This document shows, piece by piece, positions 62,961 through 64,000 of a DNA stretch of 64,000 bases. Source of the DNA: Ginglymostoma cirratum (lineage: Eukaryota). A model generated the notes under the pieces. It was given only the letters and a program-made list of their open reading frames with translations, was not told where the DNA came from and ran no database searches. The stretch's first letter is position 1. Each line of letters opens with the position of its first letter. Location of the stretch: the NCBI GenBank assembly GCA_024137785.1, contig JAHRHZ010000024.1, positions 1,548,745-1,612,744 of the forward strand. The letters are read 5' to 3'. Position numbers and translations under genes: made by a program.

Positions 62961-63649
62961 TGGAGTCCCATCTTTTGTATAGTTCCAGGGATGTGGGTGT
63001 AAGGCTCACATTTTAGTCCTCGTTGCTGGCTAGCGGAACTTCTGAGGGCAATTAAGAACCAATCACACGAGACCTGAAGTGATGTACAGGCCAACAGACA
63101 GTAAGGATGGCTGGTTTTCTTCCAGAAAATACACGGATGAATCAGATGGGGTTTTTTTTAAAACCGATCAAGCAAGTCAGGAATAAAGCAACTTTGGAAT
63201 TTGAACTGATGCCACAGCTGACGCTTTGGAGCTAAAAGCTCCAGTTATTGCTGTTTCTTCACCACACAAATCTGGCACGAGATAATGTTTCAAAATAATG
63301 CTTTTGGCTGTTGACGTGTGGTGGAGGAGGCGTATCAGCTATTTTCAGGTTCATTGTTGATTTTGATTTCTCCGTGTAGTTGCCATGATTCTACAAGCCT
63401 TTACTGAGTCAAATTGTTCAGCATTGCAAAGGTCTACAATGTGTCAGGTGCTGAAGGTCATGGGTGTGATCCTCGAAGGTCTCACACAAACTAGTTGCTC
63501 CAAGGCACAGATGTAATGGGAGAAATTCCACTCCTCCTTGGATTACAACATAACTGGGAGAGAATGAATCTAACACTATAGATACATATTTTTTAAGCTA
63601 ATTAAGGGATATGGGTCAAAGGTAGGTATGTGCATTTAGGCCGCAGATC

Positions 63650-63880
63650 TGCAAACACAAAATGCTAGAAATCATAATGGGTCAGGCAGCATTTGTGGAG
63701 AGACTGCAAGCTAATGTTTCGAGTCTAGGGGACTCTTCATCAGAACTGATGAAGAAGTCCTCATCTAGACTTCAAATGTTAGCTTGCTCTCTCTCCACAA
63801 ATGCTGCCTGACCCATTGTGATCTCCAGCATTTGTTGCTTTCAGTACAGATTCCAGCACCTGCAGCCATTTGCTCATACG
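63650..63880. mobile_element. Fold-back pLTR dimer (family D) inserted in a CR1 3' UTR (63590-63960 +)
   Basis: Centre cttcatcag-aa-ctgatgaag. Minus core 63713-63743 with stem II GAGTC/GACTC. TSD-like ttaggccgcagatc (63636-63649) / ttaggccactgatc (63881-63894). Confidence 0.85.
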
Positions 63881-64000
63881 TTAGGCCACTGATCGGCCAT
63901 GATCTCATTTGAATTTTGGATCAGGCTCAAGGGGCTGAATGACCTACTCTCATTCCTAAAACAGGGTAGGCTTTGGTGGGGGAAGGGATGGAGGCTCTCC

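Noticed and set aside
1-64000. CRISPR array or prokaryotic operon
   Set aside because: Repeats are dispersed rather than regularly spaced, coding density is negligible and the composition is vertebrate.

Overview
AT-rich, CpG-depleted vertebrate genomic DNA with no recognisable host protein-coding gene: an intergenic region or the inside of a very large intron. The repeat content (HE1-type V-SINEs, a Deu-domain SacSINE-like SINE, abundant CR1 LINE relics, Penelope-like elements) points to a shark genome, possibly an orectolobiform such as a bamboo shark (inference, not searched). Every ORF with recognisable similarity is a broken retroelement fragment (CR1 RT, Tx1/L1 ORF2 C-terminus, Penelope GIY-YIG endonuclease). 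There is a 400-N gap at 34961-35360. The main signal is about 25 full or degraded minimal hammerhead-ribozyme cores (CTGAnGA-A-stem II-GAAA-palindromic stem III) in at least four Penelope pseudo-LTR families. Many sit in short (120-240 bp), non-coding, often fold-back insertions with 10-15 bp target-site duplications, and two carry a core on each strand. Also notable: a unique 106-bp-arm inverted repeat (3552-3902), a CpG-retaining block (about 39.6-41.9 kb) and several TE-free blocks that may be conserved non-coding elements. All calls were made by eye; boundaries of degraded repeats are approximate.
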